Virus record (IMG/VR): IMGVR_UViG_3300032050_000111
Span: 1,627-65,626 of that record
Strand: one strand, 5' to 3'
Length of the DNA: 64,000 nt
DNA from: a virus
Taxonomy: Duplodnaviria; Caudoviricetes
Part shown: positions 46,068 through 56,300 of the stretch, piece after piece
How the letters are laid out: each line of letters starts with the position of its first letter
Position numbering within the stretch: the stretch's first letter is position 1
Position numbers and translations under genes: made by a program
The notes under the pieces: model-generated
What the model saw: the letters and a program-made list of their open reading frames with translations, nothing else
Databases searched by the model: none
Told to the model about the DNA's origin: nothing

Positions 46068-47611
46068 TGAGTATTGCACAGTTTGAGAAACGACTTGAAG
46101 GCATGCCTACGCCGTACCTGATGCAGTACGCGCAGCAGGACCAAGGACCGGAAGGCGCTATTGCGCTGATGTTGCTTAAAGAGCGCAAAAGGCTACAACT
46201 TGCGAATGCGCCAAAAGCTGCACCTGATGCGCCGACTGTGCGCGAGCGAGAGCTTGCGCAGCTGGCAGGGGCCGGCATTGCACAAGCAGCGCCAAGCAAC
46301 GTAGCCGCTATGGCTGGCGGAGGGCTTGCATCGCTTGTGCAGGACGATGTGCCGCGATACAACGGATCGGAAGAGCAGCTGGTGCGCGAATGGCAGACTT
46401 TGCCGTCCGAGCGTGGCGGTGCCGCCAGCAGTATGGGCGAGTTTCTTACCGGCATGTTCTCGCGCAATGACCGAAAAATCGACCCTGATACAGGACAACC
46501 GATCAGTTTTGCGGAGTTCCGCCGCAAGCGCGAACAAGTAGGCGCCGCGCCAGACGCTTATGGTCCGACATCTGGATGGGCCAGAGACCGGCTACAGACA
46601 CCAGCTGCGGGGGCTGGCGCAAGGAAGGGTCAAGCGAAGCCTACCGGACCTCGCGCTACCCCCGCTGCACCGCCTGTCGCACCGCCTGTCGCACCGCCCG
46701 CTGCACAAGCGCCTGACTATACCGCGCAGTTTCGTGGGATTCTGGGCAAGATGGAAGACCCGCTTGCTGCAGAACGCAACGAGCAGTTTGGGCTTGAGGC
46801 AGCTGCGGCGGAAAGCGCGCGTAGGGCGCGAGAGTCAGCGGCTGAGCAAGGGAGCGCGCTATTGAAGAGTCGAGGCGCGCGCCTTGATCGGCAGGAGCAA
46901 GATCTTGCCAAAGAGCGTAACAGCAACATCGCTTTCTCGCTGATCGAGGCCGGCGCTACCATTGCCGCCACGCCCGGGCCCATGATGGCAGCTATTGCCA
47001 GCGGCCTTCGTGTGGGCGGTAGACAGTACCAAGCTGGACTTATCGAACTGCGTAAGTCTCAGCAGCTTATCAGTGCGGCACGCGAACGTTTGGAAGATGC
47101 TCAACTTGGCAATGATCGTGAAAAAGCGATGGCTGGTGTAGATGCGCAGCGCATGGTTGCTGAGGCAAATGCGCGCAGGCTGGCCGGTATTCAGCGCGTG
47201 TACGACGTAAACGCGCAGACCGCCAAAGCCATTCTTGAGCAACAAGCGCTGGATGCGCGACAGACCACGAAGCTGTCTGCGGAAGAAAGGATGCAGGCGA
47301 CAAATCTTGCCGCGCAGGAAAGAATGTCGACAAAGAGCGACGCTGCGAGAATTCAAGCAGCACAGATTGCGGCAGAAGCTGGCGCCGAAGGTCGAGCGTT
47401 GCGTGATAGACTTGCCGAGTCAGGGCAAGTAGCCAGAATGCGAGAAAAGCTTCTGGAAGAGTGGAACAAGAGTGCGGAGATTATTCGTCGGCGGTACCCC
47501 AACGTGAAGTCGTTTGAGGACTTCTTGATGCTTAACGGCGTCCCCTCGCTTGGTGCAGCGGCGGGCACTCCGGGGTTAAACTTCGAGGGCGCTTACAAAC
47601 CGCCCAAGTAA
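46064..47611 (+). CDS. putative internal virion protein
   Basis: Helical, Ala-rich; lies between the ejection proteins. Confidence 0.7.
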   Translation: MMSIAQFEKRLEGMPTPYLMQYAQQDQGPEGAIALMLLKERKRLQLANAPKAAPDAPTVRERELAQLAGAGIAQAAPSNVAAMAGGGLASLVQDDVPRYNGSEEQLVREWQTLPSERGGAASSMGEFLTGMFSRNDRKIDPDTGQPISFAEFRRKREQVGAAPDAYGPTSGWARDRLQTPAAGAGARKGQAKPTGPRATPAAPPVAPPVAPPAAQAPDYTAQFRGILGKMEDPLAAERNEQFGLEAAAAESARRARESAAEQGSALLKSRGARLDRQEQDLAKERNSNIAFSLIEAGATIAATPGPMMAAIASGLRVGGRQYQAGLIELRKSQQLISAARERLEDAQLGNDREKAMAGVDAQRMVAEANARRLAGIQRVYDVNAQTAKAILEQQALDARQTTKLSAEERMQATNLAAQERMSTKSDAARIQAAQIAAEAGAEGRALRDRLAESGQVARMREKLLEEWNKSAEIIRRRYPNVKSFEDFLMLNGVPSLGAAAGTPGLNFEGAYKPPK

Positions 47612-47623
47612 GGACACATCTCC

Positions 47624-50600
47624 ATGCAGACCTACGAAGTCAAAGGCCCGGACGGACGCATCTATCGCTTCTCTGGGCCGGAAGGCGTTCCGCAGGCGGA
47701 GCTTGAGGCGGCAGCACGCAGGGAGTATCTGCGGCAACCCGCGCCTGACAAGTCGAAAGAGGGCTTTGCTGCTGCCGCCAAAGCGGGCACGCAGCGGCTG
47801 CTTGGGGAAGCGGCGCTCACCGCCGGCAAAGCGGGGTTCATCGAGCCTGAGCGCGCTGAGCAGATCTACGCGGCGCAGCAGCAACGTGCGGGAGAGATGT
47901 TTCAGCCCACTGAGGCATCGTGGTTTGAGTCCCCGCTGTTGAAGCTTCGCGAGCTTGCCGGGGGGTCTGTGCCCTACATGCTTGCACCGCTGGCGGTGGG
48001 TGGTGCGGGGGCGTTGGCTGCAACAGGCGTGGGTGCGCCTGCAGCGGCGGGGCTTGCTGCGCTTGGTGGTGCAGGACTCACGTCCCTTACACAGTTCACC
48101 GGCAGCAACCTCGCGCGCAACGTCGAGGAAGGCAAGCGTCTGGCGGAGACCAGCGGCACCGCCGCTGTTGCCGCTGCTATACCGCAAGCGGCGCTCGATA
48201 TCGTGTCCATGCGCATGATCCCGGGGATTGGGCGCATCTTTGGGCGCGCAGGGGTCGACATCAGCGAAGAGACTGCGCAGCGTATTGCACAGCAAACGCT
48301 GCGTCAACGCGCTACAGACTACGCTAAGGCCACCGGCAAGACTATGGGGGTCGAGGGTGCCACAGAGTCTGGACAGCAGCTGCTGGAACGTTTGCAGGCT
48401 GGTCTAAGTATTACTGATGAAGACGCGCGCAAAGAGTACTTTGAGAGCTTCGTTGGCGGTGCAGTGCTGGGTGGTGCTATTGCGCCGTTTGGTACAGCGT
48501 TGGAGCGTGGCCGTGCGGTGCGTGAAGGCACGCGCATGGGTGAGGAGCGGCTGAAGACTGGGCTGGAGATGGGCCCGCCGGAGCCGGCCACGCCGCAGTG
48601 GACGATGCCTGCGGAGGAAGGCCCGCCCGAGTACGTCTCGGGTATGCAGGGCCCCCCGACTTGGGTCAAAGGGCTGGAGCCTTCGGAGCCGCTGCCGCCG
48701 AAGCTGGGGTACACGGAGAGCCCTGAGCAACGTCGTTCGCGCGTTGAGCAGGGGATTGCGGACATCGAGGCAGAACTCCAAGCGCGTGCGCAGGGTACGG
48801 AGCCCCTGACGCCGGAGCAGATCATCGCGCTCGATGCTCAGATGGAGCCCAAACGGCAGCAGCTGGAAGCGCTCAAGCAAGAGCTTGCCGACATTGGTCC
48901 GCCCCCGCCGGCTCCGCCGTCCGTGTCTTCGCTGCAACAGCAGGAAAAGAAGCTGCTCAAGGAGATGGAGGCCGCACGCGGGCGCGGTGACCTGTCGCTG
49001 CAGGCAAGGCTTGCGCGCAGGCTTGTCGAGGTGCGCCGGCTGATGGGGCAGGCCCCGACTGAAGAGGCGATGCCGCAGGCCACGGCAGAGATCCCGACGC
49101 CCGAGGTGCCGGCAGCTGAAGCACCCCAAGCGGCCCCTGACCTCTACTCGCAGGCGGTCGAGGCGGTGCAGGCAGCGGGCAAGCCCACGGTCAGCACCAT
49201 CCAGCAAGCGCTGGGAATCGGCTACAAGCCCGCCGCCAAGCTGCTCAAGCAGATGGAGGAAGAAGGCGTTGTCACGCCCCCACAGGCCAACGGTCGGCGC
49301 GCGCTTGTTGCGCAGCCGCAGGCTGAGACGCCTGCGCAGCCGCAGACTGAGCCGCCTGCCGCACCTGAAGCCACTGAGGCCCTTCCTGAGCCCACCAAAG
49401 GCGCGGTGAAGCCCACCGAGTTGACTGAAGAGGCCGTTGCGCCGACCAAGCCCGCTGAGGCTGCAGCGCCTGCACCCGCGCCTGCACTGACCGTGGAGCC
49501 GGTTGTCGAGCCGGTTGCCGAGGAAGAAGAGGCACCGCTGCCTGAGTTCAAGCAGTGGCCTCCGAGACAAGAGCAGCCGGCAGAAGGCGCCGCTCCTGCT
49601 GCGCCCGAGTACTGGGGTCCGCCGAAGCTCACACCGGCTCGCGCAAAACGAACCGATGAGTACGAGCGCAACCTTATGGGTGCGCTGCGCCGGCTGGTCG
49701 GCTACTTCGAGCCCAAGAAGGTCGTCAATCCGGAGACACAGGAGATCGAGCTATCGCGCCCGGAGCCTACCGAGACGCAAGTCGAAGCAATCGCGGAACT
49801 GCTTACCAGAGGCTTGGAGCGCGGTGGTCTGCGGGCCGAGGCCGAGCGCGAAACGCGGGCCAAAGGCATGGCGGGGCCACCCCCGCGCATGCGCGGCGTC
49901 AACATCGACGAGGTACGGGATCTCGTCAACGACATCGCCAAGAGCCCCGAGCAACGCCAAGCGGTGCGGGAGGCACTGCGCGACCCGGCAGGGTCCGATT
50001 TCTTCGACATGCTCAGCAAACGGCTGCTGACGCGCCAGCGGCGCGAGTTCCCCGTGCGCAAGCCCACGCCGGCCAAGCCGGCGGTTGAGGCACCTGTACA
50101 GCAGCTGTCGAAGCTGTATCAGCAGGCTGCGCAGCGCAAGCTGGACAAAGAAGATCAGGAGCGCTTGCAGAAGCTGCGTCCGCTGATGCCGCGTATTGCG
50201 CAGCGCGGTGCCGAGGTCAAGACCCGTCAGCCGGTCGTTGACTGGTTGGAAGCGGTGAGCGCAGGCAAGGCCACGCCGGAACAGCGTGAGGCGCTAGATA
50301 CGTTCATCCGCGACTTCGATGAGCTTGAGCGGCGTACAGCTTTGGAAAAGGCGCAGCGTGCGCAGCGGCAAGCCGAGCTTGACGCCAAACTGAAAGCCAT
50401 CGAAGTCGAGGTGGAGAAAGCGGTAGCGCCGGCCAAAGCCCGCGTCGACGCCATTCGTGAAGCCATCAGCAAGCTGGAGCAAGCCACTGCGCTGGAAGCA
50501 GGTGCAAGCAACCGCAAGCGTAATGAGGCGCTAACGGGCCTCACCAAAGCAGAGAAAGAGCTTGAAACGCTGCGCAACGAACTCAGCGCGAAGTTCAGCA

Positions 50601-53386
50601 AGGAGTTTGGCGACGTTGTCGAGAAGGCCAACAGGCCCATCCTGAGTGGTGCCCGGGCGCAGTTCACGGCGGATTACTCCGCAGCGCAGCGACTCATCCT
50701 GATGTTCGAGCGCGGTGTGGAAAAGGCGGAGAAGCTCAGCATCGAAGGTGGCAATGCGCTGCAAGCTGAAGCCATTCGTCGGCTTCGAGACACCCTGTCG
50801 GAGTTTCGACAGGCGTACGAAAGTGACGACACTTCGTCGGAGAAGCGCGAAGAAGCGGCGCAATCGCTGGAGAACTCGTTCGCTGCCGTCAAGCAACTTA
50901 GCCTGCCGGCGCAGCGGTTCAAGCTGACGCAGCGCTTCAACGAGATGATGGAGTTCACCAAAGGGGCCATCGACCGCTACGCCGAGCGCATGGAGCGTGT
51001 TGCGTCTGTACAACAGACGCTGCGAGACATCAACGCCGCGCGACTCATGGCGCTGTCCACCAAGCACGCCGTCACCAAAGCGGACGGGGACGTGGATCGG
51101 CTGCTGGCGCTCGAAGCCGACATCAACCGTGACACGCAAGCCGCTGCACTGGCGGAGCAAGAGCTTGCCGCGATTGCTGTGCAGTTCAAAGAGAAGAAGT
51201 CCGAGCTTCGGCAGGCACTCGGCGAGCTTCGCGCGCAGAAAGAGAAAGCTGTCGAGAAGCTGACGGGCAAGCGCCCGGGCGCGCCCGCACTTGTCTCCAA
51301 CCAAGTAGGCAAGGCGCTCATTCAGCTGGACGAGGATTTGCTGCTGGCTATCGACCCTGTGCGCAGTTTCAAGCGCATGAAGCGCGGTGAAGCTCTCAAG
51401 CAGGAAGAAGCTCAGGCGCGTGTCGCACTTGCTTCGCCGGGTCTTGCTTCGGAGGACCGCAAGAACCTCGAAAAAGAGCTTGCATGGGTGCAGAAGGCGC
51501 TTGCGGAAGACATGGCCCAAGCCGACGACGAAGTGTTCGTCACTGAGCGCGGTGTTGTACGGCTCTTGATGGGTGTCGGATCTCCGCAAGCCATTGCGCG
51601 TCTTGAGCAGCGCTACGGCAAGGAAGCGCGTGAAGCAGAACAGCGCGCGCTCAGGGCCGTGTACGGCGACATGTACGGTTCCGACAACAGGCTTGTTCAA
51701 CGGCGAATCATTGAGTTTGAGCGGGGGCTTACCAAGAAGCAACAAGAGTACGTTGCGGCGCTAGAAGAGCGGTATGCGCATTTGATGGCGCAGAAGCTGG
51801 AAAAGGGCGCAGTGTCGGTGGAAGAACTTGAGCAGTTGCGCGCAAAGGCCAAAGAAAGGCTGAAAGCCTACGAAGAAAAAGCGAAGACGCGTGCCGAAGA
51901 AGTCGCCAACGCCTACGCCAAGATGGTCGAAGATCGAGGCAAAGTCGAAGACGCGTTGACGGCACTTACCGACAAACTGAACGCCAAGCGCGATCCTCTC
52001 ATCGCTGCCAAAGATGCGCTAATCAAAGAGAAAGCGCGTGTGCAGCTGCTTACCGGCGCTGAACTGGCTCCGCTTGTTCGCAAGAACACCAATCCTGATA
52101 CGCCGCGTGAGCAGCTGTTGGCGCAAGTCAACGCCAAGCTCGACAAACAGATTGCGGATAAAGAAGCCGCGATTGTCGCTGCAGAGCAAAAATTTGCCAC
52201 TAAGCACGATGCGCTTGTTAAAAAGCTAGCCAATATCAACAGCAACTTCGAGCAAGAGCGTGGCGTCCGCACGACTTTCATCAACGAAGACACTCGCACA
52301 AAAAGAGAGCAGTCGCTGCTCAGTCGTGAAGCGCAGATGCGCAAAGACCACGAACAGGTCATGCGCGGCCAGACTGAACTGGCTATGCTTATCACGCACA
52401 AAACGGTCGACCGTATTGCGGCAAGGCAACGCAAGCGGCGTGTGACTACGCCGCTCATGCGCAACCTGTCTATGCTGGCTCAGTACTACGGGCGCAGCGC
52501 CAGTGGTGCAAATCGCTACTACCGCAAGCACTTCATCGAAGGCACACGTCCTGTCGAGCGTGATCGCCCGCTCAGCGCGTTTGAAATCGGTGAAGTCAAT
52601 AAGCTGGCCGACGAGATCACAGGCAAACCCGCTGCAGTGCGTGAGGCAGAGCGGCCTACTCAGCAAAGCGCCGGTCGCGGACCCTTTACCCCTATCAACG
52701 CTACATCCCCAAAAGGGCTTGAGCAGCAGCTTACAGAGGAAGAAGCCGCTGTCTTGGCGCGTACGGCAATTAACTTTTCTGAAATCAGCGAAGCGGTTGA
52801 GGCAGGTATTGCGACATCAGCAGTAGCCAATCCGGCAAAAGGTCGCGTAGAGTTCAGAAAGCGTATCGGTACGCTGTTGCTAGCCGAGAAACTTAAAGGT
52901 GAGTCGCCATCAAGGGTCACCGACGTACTTAACAGACTGTACGCTGTCAGTACAGGCGAGGCTGAAGGTTTACGGCGTCCGTTGACTGAAGCAGAACGTG
53001 TTGAAAACGTTCGAGGTCTCGGCGAGGTTATGCTCACTGAAGGCGAGTTTACTACCGCCGTAGCGCGTGCTAGAGAGACAGGTGCTCGCCAGCTTGACGA
53101 ACAGCGTGAACCCGAGGTCGGTGACGAAGAAGCCAGCGCACTGCGCAACGACAACAGCTTCTACGAGGCGCGGGGCACCGTCACGCCGCTTGACGCCGAT
53201 GTAGCGAAAGCGCTTAGCGAGAACAACCTCAAGGAAGCGCTTCGTCTGCTCAGCGAGAACGCCAAGTCGCCGGAGCACCGTGAGACGGCCAAGCGTTTGG
53301 CCGACATGCTCGACAAGGTCAAGGTCGAACTCGCCGATGACGTGCGGCTCGACGGCACCCGGGTGGAAGGCAAGTACGACCCCTAG
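47624..53386 (+). CDS. large polyvalent virion protein, N-terminal part (contains FtsK-gamma-like domain); ends at in-frame TAG
   Basis: 1920-aa ORF; the frame continues past the TAG into an HExxH motif. Confidence 0.85.
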   Translation: MQTYEVKGPDGRIYRFSGPEGVPQAELEAAARREYLRQPAPDKSKEGFAAAAKAGTQRLLGEAALTAGKAGFIEPERAEQIYAAQQQRAGEMFQPTEASWFESPLLKLRELAGGSVPYMLAPLAVGGAGALAATGVGAPAAAGLAALGGAGLTSLTQFTGSNLARNVEEGKRLAETSGTAAVAAAIPQAALDIVSMRMIPGIGRIFGRAGVDISEETAQRIAQQTLRQRATDYAKATGKTMGVEGATESGQQLLERLQAGLSITDEDARKEYFESFVGGAVLGGAIAPFGTALERGRAVREGTRMGEERLKTGLEMGPPEPATPQWTMPAEEGPPEYVSGMQGPPTWVKGLEPSEPLPPKLGYTESPEQRRSRVEQGIADIEAELQARAQGTEPLTPEQIIALDAQMEPKRQQLEALKQELADIGPPPPAPPSVSSLQQQEKKLLKEMEAARGRGDLSLQARLARRLVEVRRLMGQAPTEEAMPQATAEIPTPEVPAAEAPQAAPDLYSQAVEAVQAAGKPTVSTIQQALGIGYKPAAKLLKQMEEEGVVTPPQANGRRALVAQPQAETPAQPQTEPPAAPEATEALPEPTKGAVKPTELTEEAVAPTKPAEAAAPAPAPALTVEPVVEPVAEEEEAPLPEFKQWPPRQEQPAEGAAPAAPEYWGPPKLTPARAKRTDEYERNLMGALRRLVGYFEPKKVVNPETQEIELSRPEPTETQVEAIAELLTRGLERGGLRAEAERETRAKGMAGPPPRMRGVNIDEVRDLVNDIAKSPEQRQAVREALRDPAGSDFFDMLSKRLLTRQRREFPVRKPTPAKPAVEAPVQQLSKLYQQAAQRKLDKEDQERLQKLRPLMPRIAQRGAEVKTRQPVVDWLEAVSAGKATPEQREALDTFIRDFDELERRTALEKAQRAQRQAELDAKLKAIEVEVEKAVAPAKARVDAIREAISKLEQATALEAGASNRKRNEALTGLTKAEKELETLRNELSAKFSKEFGDVVEKANRPILSGARAQFTADYSAAQRLILMFERGVEKAEKLSIEGGNALQAEAIRRLRDTLSEFRQAYESDDTSSEKREEAAQSLENSFAAVKQLSLPAQRFKLTQRFNEMMEFTKGAIDRYAERMERVASVQQTLRDINAARLMALSTKHAVTKADGDVDRLLALEADINRDTQAAALAEQELAAIAVQFKEKKSELRQALGELRAQKEKAVEKLTGKRPGAPALVSNQVGKALIQLDEDLLLAIDPVRSFKRMKRGEALKQEEAQARVALASPGLASEDRKNLEKELAWVQKALAEDMAQADDEVFVTERGVVRLLMGVGSPQAIARLEQRYGKEAREAEQRALRAVYGDMYGSDNRLVQRRIIEFERGLTKKQQEYVAALEERYAHLMAQKLEKGAVSVEELEQLRAKAKERLKAYEEKAKTRAEEVANAYAKMVEDRGKVEDALTALTDKLNAKRDPLIAAKDALIKEKARVQLLTGAELAPLVRKNTNPDTPREQLLAQVNAKLDKQIADKEAAIVAAEQKFATKHDALVKKLANINSNFEQERGVRTTFINEDTRTKREQSLLSREAQMRKDHEQVMRGQTELAMLITHKTVDRIAARQRKRRVTTPLMRNLSMLAQYYGRSASGANRYYRKHFIEGTRPVERDRPLSAFEIGEVNKLADEITGKPAAVREAERPTQQSAGRGPFTPINATSPKGLEQQLTEEEAAVLARTAINFSEISEAVEAGIATSAVANPAKGRVEFRKRIGTLLLAEKLKGESPSRVTDVLNRLYAVSTGEAEGLRRPLTEAERVENVRGLGEVMLTEGEFTTAVARARETGARQLDEQREPEVGDEEASALRNDNSFYEARGTVTPLDADVAKALSENNLKEALRLLSENAKSPEHRETAKRLADMLDKVKVELADDVRLDGTRVEGKYDP

Positions 53387-56300
53387 ACGGCAACGATCAC
53401 GCTCGACCGTGCGTTCCTCTCTGAAGAGACGCTTCTGCACGAGGCGGTGCACCCGGCCACGCTGAGCGTGCTGTCCGAAGCGGGTGCGCCTAAGATGTCT
53501 AGGCGCGCTTTTCTGCAGACCACGGCAGCTGTTGCCGGTGCTACTAAGCTAGGCAAAGTGCCCACTAGCGCAAGCGAAGCGGTTGCTGAAATAAAACGGC
53601 TGCTTAGTGGGGCGGATGATCGACAGGATGTGGCGTTTTCTATGCTAGATCGTAACGCAGAAGATGCGCTACGAGAAGCCGCTGATGTTGCTGCCCAACC
53701 TGCTGTTAAAGATTTTCCATGGATGGAGTCCGAATTTCGTGACGATTTTGACTGGGACTACGCAATCAACGACTATGTTGAGAGCAAAGGTATAGATACG
53801 GCCGTCAAAGAGTTCAGGCAGTACGCTGATACGATCAACCGGTTTGTTGAAGAAGCGGTTTCTCGGTATGCGCCTAAAGATAAACAAGGCGAGCCTGCTA
53901 AGACCGGCATAACCGCCGAGCAGCGTGCGGCGCGTCGCGAGCTTGAGAAGCTCTACAACGAGGTCAAGGCCGATCCGAAGTTCGCCAAGGAGTACGCCTC
54001 GACAGACCTCAAGGAGTTCGTCTCCGAGCTTCTGTCCAACGCTGATCTGCGCAACAAGCTCGACGCCCGCGAGGGACTGCTGAAACGCATCTACAACGCG
54101 CTCCTGCGGCTGCTGGGCTTCGATGTACCCAGCACTTCTCAGAAGGCCACCTCAGCGGCCTACAGGCTCTTCCAGCCGGCAGCGCCTACGTCCACCACGA
54201 GCAAAGCCATCGCGTCCGTGCTGCGCGGCGTCTTCCCCGCCACCAAGCCTGTTGCTGCGGCCAGTGTCAATGCCAAAGCAGCAGAAGCCATCTCGCGGGT
54301 TGTGGGGCGCAACGCTTCGCTAGGTGACAAGATCACGGCCTTCGTGGGCGGGCTGTCGCTTAGGCAGGCGGTGCTGGACCGCTGGGCTTCGGTCGAGCAC
54401 ATCATCAAACAGGGTATCGCCAAAGGCAAGATCGATGAGGCGCGGGCCATGCAGCTTCGCGTGAACATGCGACTGCATGACCAGACGAACCAGCTGTTCA
54501 GCGCAGCCATGACGCGTGGCGGCATCAAGCTCAACAAAGAGGAAGACACGCGCTACGTCGAAGCGCAGGGTGGGGCCAACGCCATCCAGCTTGCGCAGGC
54601 GCTGCGCAAGGCCAAGCTGGGTAACGAGCAGTTCACTGAGCAAGCCTTCACCACATGGATGGCAGCGCTGCGCGCGGACAGCATGCCCGACGGCTACAGC
54701 AAGCTGAACTTTGGTACGGACAAAGAAGGCAAGCGACTGTTCGACAAGAGCGACGGGGACGCCGTCAAAGCGATGGTGGCCTCAGATCCCGACACTGCAG
54801 CCGCTTTTGAAGAAGCGCGGAATATCTATCGGCAGTACAACAACGATCTCGTTGATCTGCTGGCAGATTCTGGCGTCATTGACGGCGCAAAGGCAAAGGA
54901 ACTCAAGAAAGGCGACTTCGTTCCGTTCTATCGCATCTCCGGCGATGTGCTGGAACTCGATATCGGCGCATCGCGCCCTGTCACCATCGGCAACGTCATC
55001 GATCAGCCCTACCTGCGCGAACTTGTAGGCGGTGCTGACAAGATCATGCCTGTCTTCTCCAGCATGGCGCGCAATACGTCACTGCTCATGCAGCTGTCTT
55101 TGCGCAATCTGCAGGCCAAAGACGTAGCCAACATGCTGAAAGAAGTCGGACTTGCGCAGATTGTACCCAAGGCGCTCAACCAGAACGGACGCGTCATTCG
55201 CTTCAAGGCCGACGGCAAAGAACTGTCTGCCGTGCTTGACCCCGGCGCTTTCCAAGAGCAGGGTCTGACGCCCGAAATGGTCGTGCAAGGGCTGCAGGGC
55301 GTGAAGACTGCTATTCCCGCTGTAGTCAAGGCGATGTCTTACCCGGCCTCGTTGCTGCGTAAGACCATCACACGGACGCCTGTCTACGTTGTACGGCAGA
55401 TGATCCGCGACCCGCTCAACGCGTGGATGACGACGGGCGGCGACCTGAAGCCGCTCAAAGTGGCGGCGAACGGTATTCGCAACATGTTCTCGACTAAGCT
55501 CAACAAAACGGAAGAAGCGTTGAGCAAGGCCGGCGTGGTCAGCAGCCATGTGTTCAGCAATGACCCAGAAGACATTGCGCGCATCCTTCAGCAAGTAACG
55601 GCGGGCGGTACTAATTGGAACACCGCCATGGCGAAGCTCGACGGCATGGCGATGAAGGCCGATGCACAGACGCGGGCGGCGGTATACGACAGCTTCCGCA
55701 ACAAAGGCATGACGCACGTCGAGGCGCTGCTGAGCACGCTGGAGTCAATGAACTTCACGCGGCGAGGAACCTCCGCGTCGATGCTGTGGCTCTCGACCAT
55801 CATCCCCTTCTTCAACGCGCAGGTGCAGGGTCTGGACATCTTCTATCGGTCGCTCGTCGGGGACGTGCCCTATGAGCAGAAGATGAACGCCCGGGCTAAG
55901 CTGCTGGAGCGCGGCGCGCTGATGGCCGGCCTGACGATGGCCTACGCTCTGCTGATGCAGGACGATGAGTCCTACAAGAACGCCACGCCGGAAGAGCGGG
56001 CCATGAACTGGTTCTTGCCGCTGCCCGGCGGCGAGTCGATCCGTGTGCCCATCCCGTTCGAGTTCGGCCTGCTCTTCAAGTCGCTGCCTGAGGCGCTCAT
56101 CAACACAGCCTTCGGCGATACGCGGGTGTCGGAGGCAGTACGAGCGCTCGGTAAGCAGCTGACGATGTCCAGCCCGCTGGCGCTGCCAACGGCGATCAAT
56201 CCGGTGGTCGAGCTTGCGGCCAACTACAGCTTCTTCACCGACCAGCCGATCCAGTCTGCGCGGGAGATGGGCCTTGAGCCCGGGGAGCGCTTCCGGCAGA

